Shown here piece by piece: positions 28,694-36,683 of a stretch of DNA of 64,000 nt. Each line of letters begins with the position of its first letter. Positions within the stretch are counted from its first letter, which is position 1. The notes beneath the pieces were generated by a model that searched no databases, was not told the origin of the DNA, and was given only the letters and a program-made list of their open reading frames with translations. The stretch comes from Gemmatimonadota bacterium (GTDB taxonomy: Bacteria > Gemmatimonadota > Gemmatimonadetes > Gemmatimonadales > GWC2-71-9), in assembly GCA_039586895.1 (NCBI GenBank), contig JBDHJM010000002.1, positions 4,473-68,472 of the forward strand. Reading direction: 5' to 3'. The translations under genes and the position numbers were made by a program.

Positions 28694-29547
28694 ACCCGGG
28701 GCAAGTGCCGGTTCACGCTCAGCGCGCTCGCCGCAAACCCCAGCACGGTGCCGAGCAATAAGAACAGCAGCGTCTGCTCGGCCGTGAAGAACGATGCCCG
28801 GAACAGCCCGCGGCTCACCAGGACGTAGGCCCCGTAGCACAGCGCCACGGCGAGCATACCCCCCATGGCTCCCTTGAGGGCTCCGTCTAGCAGGAACGGC
28901 CGCCGGATGAAGCCGTCGGTGGCTCCCACGAGGCGCATGATGTGGATCTCGCGGCTGCGCGCCAGCACGGTCATGCGGATCGTGGTGGCAATGATCATCA
29001 GGGCGGCCGCCGCGAAGCCGGCGCCTATCACCAGCCCCACGACACCCGCGATGTCCCGCAGGCGGTCCAGCTTCTCCACCCAGTCCCGGCCGTAGCGCAC
29101 GTCCTCCACGAAGCGGAATCCGCTGAGCCGCTCGGCCACCGCCCGCGCGCTGCGGCTGTCGCGGTGGCCCTCCCGCAGGCGGATCTCCAGGGATGCGGGG
29201 AGCGGGTTGGCCGTCAGGTCCTCGTATACGCCCTGGAACTCCACCAGCTCCCGGCGGGCGCGCTCCAGGGCCTGGTCCTCGGTCACGTAGTCGACCAGCT
29301 CCACCTCGGGGAAGGCCTGGATGTCGCCGATGGCCACCGTGACGACCTCCACCGGTGTGCCGCGCGTCAGGTACATCACGATCTCGACGCGTTCCTCGAT
29401 CTCGCCCAGAGTGCTGCGAAGGTTGACGGCCACCAGCCCGAACAGGCCGAACACGAACAGCGCGAAGCCAATGGTCGTGACGGCCAGCGCCGACAGAACC
29501 GGGGCCCGGCGGAACGAAAGCAGCGCTTCCCTCACTGTGAGGCGCAT
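28690..29547 (-). CDS. ftsX: Cell-division ABC transporter permease FtsX
   Basis: The ATG at 29547 lies 1 nt after the ftsE stop. Four TMs with a large first periplasmic loop. MRLVGAT.GFIR.PF motif. Confidence 0.9.
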   Translation of the reverse strand: MRLTVREALLSFRRAPVLSALAVTTIGFALFVFGLFGLVAVNLRSTLGEIEERVEIVMYLTRGTPVEVVTVAIGDIQAFPEVELVDYVTEDQALERARRELVEFQGVYEDLTANPLPASLEIRLREGHRDSRSARAVAERLSGFRFVEDVRYGRDWVEKLDRLRDIAGVVGLVIGAGFAAAALMIIATTIRMTVLARSREIHIMRLVGATDGFIRRPFLLDGALKGAMGGMLAVALCYGAYVLVSRGLFRASFFTAEQTLLFLLLGTVLGFAASALSVNRHLPRV

Positions 29548-29548
29548 G

Positions 29549-30241
29549 TCAGGCGGGCTCCCGGGCGGCGGGTTGGTCGTCCTTCGAATCGTAGACCACG
29601 GCGCCCTCCTGGAGCTCGACGGTGCGGCAGCTGGCCTGGCGCACCAGGTCGAGGTCGTGAGTGGCAAGCAGCACCGCCGTGCCCGTGGCGTTGATGTCCT
29701 TCAGCAGCTGGTACACGCCGCGCGTGGCGCGCTCGTCGAGGTTCCCGGTCGGCTCGTCCGCCAGCAGCACCAGCGGGTCGTTGACCAGGGCGCGCGCAAT
29801 CGCGACGCGCTGCTGCTCGCCGCCCGACAGCTCGTGCGGGTACGCGTTGGCCTTGGTGGCGAGGCCTACCTGGGTCAGCACGCGCATCACCTTGGGTCCT
29901 ATCACCGAGCGGCGGGTTCCGGTCACCTCCAGGGCGAAGGCCACGTTCTCCTCTGCGGTCCGGTCCTCCAGCAGCCGGAAGTCCTGGAACACGATCCCCA
30001 GGCGCCGCCGCAGCCGCGGGATGTCGCGCCGCTTGAGGCTCGCGGTGGAGAAGCCCGAGACCCGCACGGTGCCGGAAGTCGGCAGGTCGTCGGCGTAGAT
30101 CAGGCGCAGCACGGTGGACTTGCCGGCGCCGGAGTGTCCGGTCAGAAAGACGAACTCTCCCTTGGCGACGTGGAGGGAGACGTCCTTCAGGGCCATCGAC
30201 CCCTTGGGGAATGCCTTGAAGACCTTGTTGAGGCGGATCAC
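29549..30241 (-). CDS. ftsE: Cell-division ATP-binding protein FtsE
   Basis: Motifs: GHSGAGKST, LSGGEQQRVAIARAL, LLADEPTGNLD. Confidence 0.93.
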   Translation of the reverse strand: MIRLNKVFKAFPKGSMALKDVSLHVAKGEFVFLTGHSGAGKSTVLRLIYADDLPTSGTVRVSGFSTASLKRRDIPRLRRRLGIVFQDFRLLEDRTAEENVAFALEVTGTRRSVIGPKVMRVLTQVGLATKANAYPHELSGGEQQRVAIARALVNDPLVLLADEPTGNLDERATRGVYQLLKDINATGTAVLLATHDLDLVRQASCRTVELQEGAVVYDSKDDQPAAREPA

Positions 30242-30243
30242 GG

Positions 30244-31401
30244 CTATAGCGTGCTGAAGGCTTCCTCGAAGTCGGCGATGATGTCCTCGACGTCCTCGAT
30301 GCCCAGGCTAACGCGGATGAATCCGTCGGGGATGCCCTGTGCGGCCCGCTCGCCCGGGCCGACCGCAGCGTGCGACGTGAAGCGGGGCTCCGACACCAGT
30401 GTCTCCACGCCTCCCAGGCTGGGGGCGTGAGTCGCCAGGCGGAGGCGCCGCAGCACCACGTCAGCGGCCGCCGCTCCGCCGTCCAGTACGAGGCCCACCA
30501 TCCCGCCGTAGCCGCCCAGCGTGCGGGTCGCGATCTCGTGGTCGGGGTGCGACTCGAGTCCCGGGTAGTGCACCTTGGTCACCGCCGCGTGACCGTCCGC
30601 CCACCGCGCGAAGGCGATGCCATTCTCGTTGTGGCGTGCGATCCGAACCGCGAGCGTCTTGATGCCGCGCTCGACCAGCCACGTGGCATGCGGATCGGGC
30701 GACTGCCCCCACACCTGCATGAGACGGCGCACCTCTTCGATTACCGGCTCGCTACCCGCCACCACGCCGCCGATGACGTCATCGTGGCCGTTTAGGTACT
30801 TGGTGGCGCTGTGGATCACCAGGTCGACCCCGTGCTCCAGCGGCCGGATGTTCACGGGCGACGCAAAGGTCGAATCCACGATCAGAGCGATGCCGCGGTC
30901 ACGGCAGAACTGGGCCATGGGCTGCAGGTCCAGCACCCGCATGAGCGGGTTGGTGGGGCTCTCCACGAAGATCGCGCGAGTGGTGTTGCGCACGTTGTGG
31001 CGCCAGTTGCGCTGGTTGTCGGGCGGGATCGCGGTGACCTCGATCCCCAGTTTGCCGAACTCTTCGGCGAACAGGCGCTGCGTGCCGCCGTAGATCCAGC
31101 TGCTGGCCAGCAGGTGGTCCCCGGGCCGCAGCATGGCTAGGTGGGCGAGCGCGGTCGCCCCCATTCCGCTGGCCAGGAAGATCGCAGCCTCGGCGCCCTC
31201 CAGGGCCGCCAGCTTCTCGGCCAGCCGCACCTGGTTGGGGTTGTTGCCGTAGCGCGTGTAGCGCACCTCCTCATCCGATCCCACCGGGTGAACGAAGGTG
31301 CTGCTCTGGTATATCGGCGTAGAGACCGGCTCGCGGTCGCCCGGAGTGTGGGGCGTTCCGTGGATGGCCCGCGTCGAGGGTCCGCCGGTGTAATCCGCCA
31401 T
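30244..31401 (-). CDS. PLP-dependent Cys/Met-metabolism enzyme (cystathionine gamma-synthase / beta-lyase / methionine gamma-lyase family)
   Basis: Family-wide pattern including the PLP-lysine motif HSATKYLNGHDDVIGG. The exact subfamily is not resolvable by eye. Confidence 0.88.
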   Translation of the reverse strand: MADYTGGPSTRAIHGTPHTPGDREPVSTPIYQSSTFVHPVGSDEEVRYTRYGNNPNQVRLAEKLAALEGAEAAIFLASGMGATALAHLAMLRPGDHLLASSWIYGGTQRLFAEEFGKLGIEVTAIPPDNQRNWRHNVRNTTRAIFVESPTNPLMRVLDLQPMAQFCRDRGIALIVDSTFASPVNIRPLEHGVDLVIHSATKYLNGHDDVIGGVVAGSEPVIEEVRRLMQVWGQSPDPHATWLVERGIKTLAVRIARHNENGIAFARWADGHAAVTKVHYPGLESHPDHEIATRTLGGYGGMVGLVLDGGAAAADVVLRRLRLATHAPSLGGVETLVSEPRFTSHAAVGPGERAAQGIPDGFIRVSLGIEDVEDIIADFEEAFSTL

Positions 31402-31940
31402 CAGGCGGTCACTGCCATGTAGCGGTTCGCGGCGTGGTGCACCAGCCGCTGCAGGCGCAGCGTCTCGAGCGCCGCCTGCGCCCGGTCGGGCGGCAGGGAC
31501 AGCTCGTCGGCCACCTCGTCGGTGCCGGCGGGCCCCCGCGCAGACAGCACCGTGAAGGCCCTGCGCGCCGTGTCGTCGACCGGGCCTAGGACCGTGATCT
31601 TGCCCTGCCGGTCGCGGGCCGCCACGGCGAGCCGGTGCCGCTCCAGCACGTGCTCGATGGCGTCACAATGGGAAGCCGTCACGCCCTGCAGCAGGAAGTA
31701 GCGGGCCTGGCCGTGGTGCAGCAGCAGCTTGCCCACGATCTCATCGGCGCAGGAAATGTCGAGGCAGCGCACCGCGCCGAAGTCGATCACCGCGGTGTGC
31801 CCTCCGTCCAGGTCGGCCAGCTCCCGCTCGATGCCGCCCCTCACGGCCTTGCCGGTAGGACGGGTCACGAGGTCTCCGTAGCCGCCGGAGACCGTGTCCT
31901 GGAGGATCACCTTCAGGTCGATGCGTCGCATACCCGTCAC
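31401..31940 (-). CDS. STAS-like (DUF4325-type) domain protein with C-terminal winged-helix DNA-binding-like domain
   Basis: N-terminal GDLVTRPTGKAVRGGIE....AVIDFGAVRCLDISCADEIVGKLL resembles the DUF4325/STAS-like fold signature. The C-terminal 60 aa (TDEVADELSLPPDRAQAALETLRLQRLV) looks like a wHTH. GTG at 31940 (GTGA overlap with upstream stop) or ATG at 31931. Confidence 0.6.
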   Translation of the reverse strand: MTGMRRIDLKVILQDTVSGGYGDLVTRPTGKAVRGGIERELADLDGGHTAVIDFGAVRCLDISCADEIVGKLLLHHGQARYFLLQGVTASHCDAIEHVLERHRLAVAARDRQGKITVLGPVDDTARRAFTVLSARGPAGTDEVADELSLPPDRAQAALETLRLQRLVHHAANRYMAVTA

Positions 31941-32830
31941 TCAGCCTGTTGCGCTGGTATGATCATGAGCAATTGGCTGCCGGGAAAGGCAGGCAGACCA
32001 TCGGTGAGCGGGTTGTCGTCGTCCCACGGCGGCACGATGGTGATGCGCGCGGTACCGCTGCGCATGCTCAGCTTGCCCTGCCACCGGTTGACGTACCGTG
32101 CGATTCCGCCCAATCCCTGCCCCCGTCCAGGATCCCGGAACCGGCTCGCGCCCTGGAACAGCGCCGCCTCCAATGCGGTGGCGTCATTCCAGCGGTCTCC
32201 GAACCGACTTGCCTGCGTGGCCTCCAGAGAGCGCCGGAATCCGACCCCCGCATCGGCCACCGCGATCACCACGACCCGCCGTCCGAGCCGCTTGCGCCAG
32301 TGGTATGCCTGGACCGCGACCCAGCCGGAGGTGCCGGCGTGCTCTACAATATTTTGACAGGCCTCTGAAAGCGCCATAGCGAAGCCCATCGTGGCCGTCG
32401 CCTCGAGGCCCAGCTCTCCCGAGAGAATCGCCGCCGAGCGCTCCTGAATCGTCTCCACCACGCTGTGCACGTCGTCGGTGCCGTGCACCGGAGTGATTTC
32501 CAGCAGCACGTCGGACGAATGGCTGGCGGCCACCCGCGGCACCTTGCCGTGCAGCTCGAACCACTCCTGAGCGTACTGGAAGAAGCCCGCCCGACCCCAG
32601 TAATGGGCCACGTCGCGGTCGGCCGGCACCGTGAGCAGCGGCCGCTCGGGCCCCCGCTCCAGGGCGGCCTGGCCGGCCGCCAGGAGGCCGAGCAGCCCGT
32701 AGGGCGAGGCCCACTGGGCGGCGTGCGCATCGAACAGGAGGCGCTTGTCGTCCGGCTCGCCGTATGCCCTGGCGAACTGGTCGAACGAGCGGTCGTCGAA
32801 GTGGGCCGGAACCTCGACCACACGAGTCAT
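31937..32830 (-). CDS. GHKL-superfamily (histidine-kinase-like / SpoIIAB-RsbW-like) ATPase with an N-terminal STAS-like extension
   Basis: The ATG at 32830 overlaps the PfkB stop (ATGA). N-box EACQNIVEHAG, G1 box VADAGVGF and G2 box GRGQGLGG. The N-terminal 100 aa (LLFDAHAAQWASPYGLLGLLAAG) are reminiscent of a STAS-type fold. The 290 aa listed upstream in the track ORF are antisense or Arg-rich shadow. Confidence 0.7.
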   Translation of the reverse strand: MTRVVEVPAHFDDRSFDQFARAYGEPDDKRLLFDAHAAQWASPYGLLGLLAAGQAALERGPERPLLTVPADRDVAHYWGRAGFFQYAQEWFELHGKVPRVAASHSSDVLLEITPVHGTDDVHSVVETIQERSAAILSGELGLEATATMGFAMALSEACQNIVEHAGTSGWVAVQAYHWRKRLGRRVVVIAVADAGVGFRRSLEATQASRFGDRWNDATALEAALFQGASRFRDPGRGQGLGGIARYVNRWQGKLSMRSGTARITIVPPWDDDNPLTDGLPAFPGSQLLMIIPAQQAE

Positions 32831-33777
32831 CGCGGCACGATCTCCCCGCGCAGGTGATAGTGCAAGTTCGTGGCGCCCCGGTACTGCACGTTGCGGGCGG
32901 CGGCGGAGCCCGCTGCGCGTACTGCCTGCTCCACTTCCGCACCCCTGACCAGCTGGGCGACAAGCGCGCCGCCGAACACGTCGCCGCATCCCGTCGGATC
33001 CAGCGCCTCGACCGCGTCGGCATCGATGCGGGCGGTGCGGATCGGCCTGGCGGCCGGCGGCCCCTGCGAGGGCCGCTCGAGAAAATCGAACGGCGGCACC
33101 GTAAAGTACACCGCCCCACGCTCGCCCAGGGTCACGACCAGCAGCCGGACTCCCAGCTCGAAGGCACGCGCCGCAACCGCGAGCGGGTCGCCTCCCAGTA
33201 GACCGAGCTCGTCCTCGTTGAGCTGTACTACGTCGAAGCACTCGAGCCACTCGCCCACGTCGGCCAGCTCCTCCGGCACGCGGCGGCCGTCGCCGGCGAC
33301 CCCGAGAAACAGGCTGTGCAGGTCGGCGAATATCGGCCCGCCGAAGCCGCGCCGCAGGTGCTGCACGGTGGCGAGGTCGGCCTCGAATCCCGAGATGAAG
33401 TTGAGGTACAGCGCATCGAGGTCCCGCACCATGGGTCCCAACTCGGGCCACTGCCACGCAGGCACACCGCCGCTCAGGTGCTCGGCCGTCCGCTTGAGGC
33501 CCTCGTAGCGCAGCGTCACTCTGTTGTTTGGCTCGGGCACCTCGATGAAGCGGGCCGCCGAGGAGCGCCGGGTCAGCGACTCGAGGAAGTGATTGGCCCG
33601 CGGCGCCAGGTCGCGGCCCACCTTGATCAGCGGCACCAGCTCCCAATCCGGCGGCAGGCTCGCCTCCAGGGCGGCCAAGGCGTATGCGATGCCCCCCCAT
33701 TCCTCGATTGGCGCGGGATCTGCGTCACGGTAGATCGTGTCCCACACCATCGTTCCGACGACGCCGAGACGCTTCAC
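32827..33777 (-). CDS. PfkB/ribokinase-family carbohydrate (or nucleoside) kinase
   Basis: The GTG at 33777 overlaps the ROK stop (GTGA). N-terminal GVVGTMVWDTI and C-terminal DPTGCGDVFGGA (the DTxGAGD equivalent). The ATG at 33750 is an alternative start. Confidence 0.78.
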   Translation of the reverse strand: MKRLGVVGTMVWDTIYRDADPAPIEEWGGIAYALAALEASLPPDWELVPLIKVGRDLAPRANHFLESLTRRSSAARFIEVPEPNNRVTLRYEGLKRTAEHLSGGVPAWQWPELGPMVRDLDALYLNFISGFEADLATVQHLRRGFGGPIFADLHSLFLGVAGDGRRVPEELADVGEWLECFDVVQLNEDELGLLGGDPLAVAARAFELGVRLLVVTLGERGAVYFTVPPFDFLERPSQGPPAARPIRTARIDADAVEALDPTGCGDVFGGALVAQLVRGAEVEQAVRAAGSAAARNVQYRGATNLHYHLRGEIVPR

Positions 33778-34766
33778 GCATCGCCCCAGGTCTGGACCTT
33801 GAACGACGCCACCGAGCCGTAGACGCCGGCGGTGCCCGTGAGCTCGCCGGGCACCACGCGGCACAGCTCGACGGCAGGCCGGAACGCCCGCAGCCGGACC
33901 TCCTTGCGCAGCGGGACGAACAGCCTGTCGCCCGCCGCTGTCACGCCGCCGCAGATCACCACTATCTCGGGATTGAAGATGTTGATGAGGTTCGCGATGC
34001 CGGTGCCCAGGAACCGGGCGGTGTCCTTGATGACCTCGAGAGCGTACTCGTCTCCGTGCGCCGCGGCGTCGTACACGGTCTGGGCCGTTATGTCGTCCAG
34101 CCGGCCGTTCACGAGGGCAGGCAGCTCGCTCTCGGAGTTGAGGCCGATTCCCTCCACGGCCCGCTCCGCGATTGCGCTTCCCGAAGCGTACGCCTCGAGG
34201 CAGCCGTAGTTGCCGCAGCGGCAGCGCCGCCCCGTGGAATCGATGCTCATGTGGCCCAGTTCACCGGCGATGTCGCCTGCACCGTGGAAGATCTCCCCGT
34301 CGAGGATGACTCCGCCGCCGATTCCCGTGCCGATCGTGAGCCCCACGGCCACCGAAGTGCCGCGCGCCGCCCCGCGCCACCACTCGCCGAACACGGCGCA
34401 GTTGGCATCGTTGTCGAGCGTTGCCGGGAGCTCCACCGCTTCGCTCACGCGCTCGCGCAGGGGATAATCCTCCCAGCCCAGGTTCGGGGTCATCAGCACA
34501 ACGCCGCGCTTGGTGTCGAGCGGTCCCGGCGAGCCGACGCCCACTCCCACCACTTCGAGGTCGTCCTCGGCGAGCGCTGCCGCGGTCTCCTCCAGGGAGC
34601 GCTCCACCATGGTCTTGATCTGGCCTACGACTGCGTCCGCTCCCTCGGCGACGAGGGTGCGCTGCTTCTGCAGCCCGTAGAGTGTGCTGCCGTCCTCAGG
34701 CACGGTCCCCACCACCACGTTCGTGCCGCCCACGTCCACGCCGACTATCAAGCGCCTGGTCGTCAT
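33774..34766 (-). CDS. ROK-family glucokinase
   Basis: Motifs: IVGVDVGGTNV, GIGGGVILDG, GHMSID..GR.C.CGN.GCLE.YAS. Confidence 0.9.
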   Translation of the reverse strand: MTTRRLIVGVDVGGTNVVVGTVPEDGSTLYGLQKQRTLVAEGADAVVGQIKTMVERSLEETAAALAEDDLEVVGVGVGSPGPLDTKRGVVLMTPNLGWEDYPLRERVSEAVELPATLDNDANCAVFGEWWRGAARGTSVAVGLTIGTGIGGGVILDGEIFHGAGDIAGELGHMSIDSTGRRCRCGNYGCLEAYASGSAIAERAVEGIGLNSESELPALVNGRLDDITAQTVYDAAAHGDEYALEVIKDTARFLGTGIANLINIFNPEIVVICGGVTAAGDRLFVPLRKEVRLRAFRPAVELCRVVPGELTGTAGVYGSVASFKVQTWGDA

Positions 34767-34770
34767 CGGA

Positions 34771-36570
34771 CTACTCCACGCGCAGCACGGCGAGGAAGGC
34801 CTCCTGCGGGATCTCCACGGTCCCCACCTGCTTCATGCGCTTCTTTCCTTCCTTCTGTTTCTCCAGCAGCTTGCGCTTCCGTGTCACGTCTCCGCCGTAG
34901 CACTTGGCGGTGACGTTCTTGCGCAGCGGACGCACCGTCTCCCGCGATATGACGCGGCTCCCGACCGAAGCCTGGATTATCACCTCGAACAGCTGGCGCG
35001 GGATCAGCTCCTTGAGCTTCTTCGCCACCTTACGGCCCCAGGCATATGCCTCGTCGGTGTGGATCACCACACTGAACGCGTCCACCGGGTCGCCGTTGAT
35101 GAGCATGTCCAGCTTGACCAGTTGGTTTGGCCGGTAGCCCAGGACCTCGTAGTCCATCGTCCCGTAGCCGCGGGTCACCGTCTTGAGGCGGTCGTAGAAG
35201 TCGAGGATTATCTCGGCGAGGGGGAACTCCCAGTCCAGCTCCACCCGGGTCGGATCCAGGTACTGCATCCCGAGGTACTCGCCGCGGCGCTCCTGGCCCA
35301 GCTGCATGATGGCTCCGATGTAGTCGGTCGGAGTCGTGATCCGGGCCTTGATGTAAGGCTCCTCCACGCGGTCCACCTTGGCACCCGTGGGCATCTTGGA
35401 CGGGTTCTCGACCACAGCCATCGAGCCGTCGGTGAAGTGCACGTGGTACTCCACGTTGGGCACCGTGGTGATCAGGTCGAGGTCCGACTCGCGCTCCAGC
35501 CGCTCCCGCACGATGTCCATGTGGAGCAGGCCGAGGAAGCCACAGCGGAACCCGAAGCCCAGCGCGACTGAGGTCTCCGGCTCGTAGTGCAGGGAACCGT
35601 CGTTGAGCTGCAGCTTCTCCAGCGCGTCCCTCAGCTCCTCGTACTGGTTCGCGTCCGTGGGGTAGAGCCCCGCGAACACCATCGAGTGGATGTCGCGGTA
35701 GCCCGGGAGCATCTCGCCGGCGGGGCGGCTCGCGTCCAGTACGGTGTCGCCGACGCGGGTCTCCTGCACGCCGCGGATGTTCGCCACCACGTAGCCCACC
35801 TCACCGGCCTCCAGGGCATCGGTGCGACGCTGGTCCAGCTGGAGGTACCCCACCTCGGCCACGTCGTAGTGGTCCTGCGGGTGGGAGCCGAAGGCGAGCT
35901 CCATGCCCGGCTCGATGCGGCCGTCCACCACCCGCACGCTGGGTATCGCTCCGCGGTAGCGGTCGTAGTAGGAGTCGAAGATCAGCGCACGCAGCGGCGC
36001 CTCGGGATCGCCGGAGGGCGGCGGCACCCGCTCCAGTATCGCTTCTAGCAGCTCGTGCACCCCCCGGCCTTCCTTGGCCGAGATCCGCAGGATCTCGTCC
36101 GGGTCGGTTCCCATCAGCTCCGCCAGCTCTGCGGCGCGGCGGTCGGGCTCCGCGGCGGGGAGGTCGGTCTTGTTGAGCACGGGGATGATCTCGAGGTTGG
36201 CGTCGAGCGCGAGCAGCAGGTTGCTCACGGTCTGGGCCTGCACGCCCTGGCTCGCGTCCACCACCAGGATCGCTCCCTCGCAGGCGTTCAGCGAGCGCGA
36301 CACCTCGTAAGTGAAGTCCACGTGCCCCGGCGTGTCGATCAGGTTGAGCTCGTAGGAGTCCTCTCCGTCGCGCACGTACTGCATGCGGACGGCATTCAGC
36401 TTGATCGTGATTCCGCGCTCGCGCTCGAGATCCATGGTGTCCAGGACCTGGGAGCGCATGCGGCGCTTCTCGAGCGTGCCGGTGGCCTCGATCAGGCGGT
36501 CGGCCAGCGTCGATTTGCCGTGGTCGATGTGTGCGACGATGCAGAAGTTGCGGATGTGGTCCTGGCGCAT
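34771..36570 (-). CDS. lepA: Elongation factor 4 (LepA)
   Basis: The ATG at 36570 gives [21 protein letters not shown]. The DTPGHVDF and NKTDL G-motifs are present. The C-terminus is LepA-specific ([23 protein letters not shown]). Confidence 0.97.
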   Translation of the reverse strand: MRQDHIRNFCIVAHIDHGKSTLADRLIEATGTLEKRRMRSQVLDTMDLERERGITIKLNAVRMQYVRDGEDSYELNLIDTPGHVDFTYEVSRSLNACEGAILVVDASQGVQAQTVSNLLLALDANLEIIPVLNKTDLPAAEPDRRAAELAELMGTDPDEILRISAKEGRGVHELLEAILERVPPPSGDPEAPLRALIFDSYYDRYRGAIPSVRVVDGRIEPGMELAFGSHPQDHYDVAEVGYLQLDQRRTDALEAGEVGYVVANIRGVQETRVGDTVLDASRPAGEMLPGYRDIHSMVFAGLYPTDANQYEELRDALEKLQLNDGSLHYEPETSVALGFGFRCGFLGLLHMDIVRERLERESDLDLITTVPNVEYHVHFTDGSMAVVENPSKMPTGAKVDRVEEPYIKARITTPTDYIGAIMQLGQERRGEYLGMQYLDPTRVELDWEFPLAEIILDFYDRLKTVTRGYGTMDYEVLGYRPNQLVKLDMLINGDPVDAFSVVIHTDEAYAWGRKVAKKLKELIPRQLFEVIIQASVGSRVISRETVRPLRKNVTAKCYGGDVTRKRKLLEKQKEGKKRMKQVGTVEIPQEAFLAVLRVE

Positions 36571-36683
36571 CGGCCAAATATACACGGGGGTGCGCCTCTC
36601 TCCCCGGTGCCTCGCCGCCCCACGCGTCACGCTCTATGTTTGGCGCTCGTCGACCACCAACCGGCTAACAGCTGCGAGCGATC

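Noticed and set aside
32831-33700. N-terminal 290 aa of the listed 587-aa ORF (31937-33700)
   Set aside because: This part lies wholly within the PfkB kinase gene in another frame and is Arg/Ala/Gly low complexity. The GHKL protein begins at the ATG (32830) that overlaps the PfkB stop. The same reasoning was used to trim the ORFs at 20300-22045, 24410-25897, 7971-9365, 12462-13667, 27497-28840, 28690-29667, 6447-7298 and 10407-11849.
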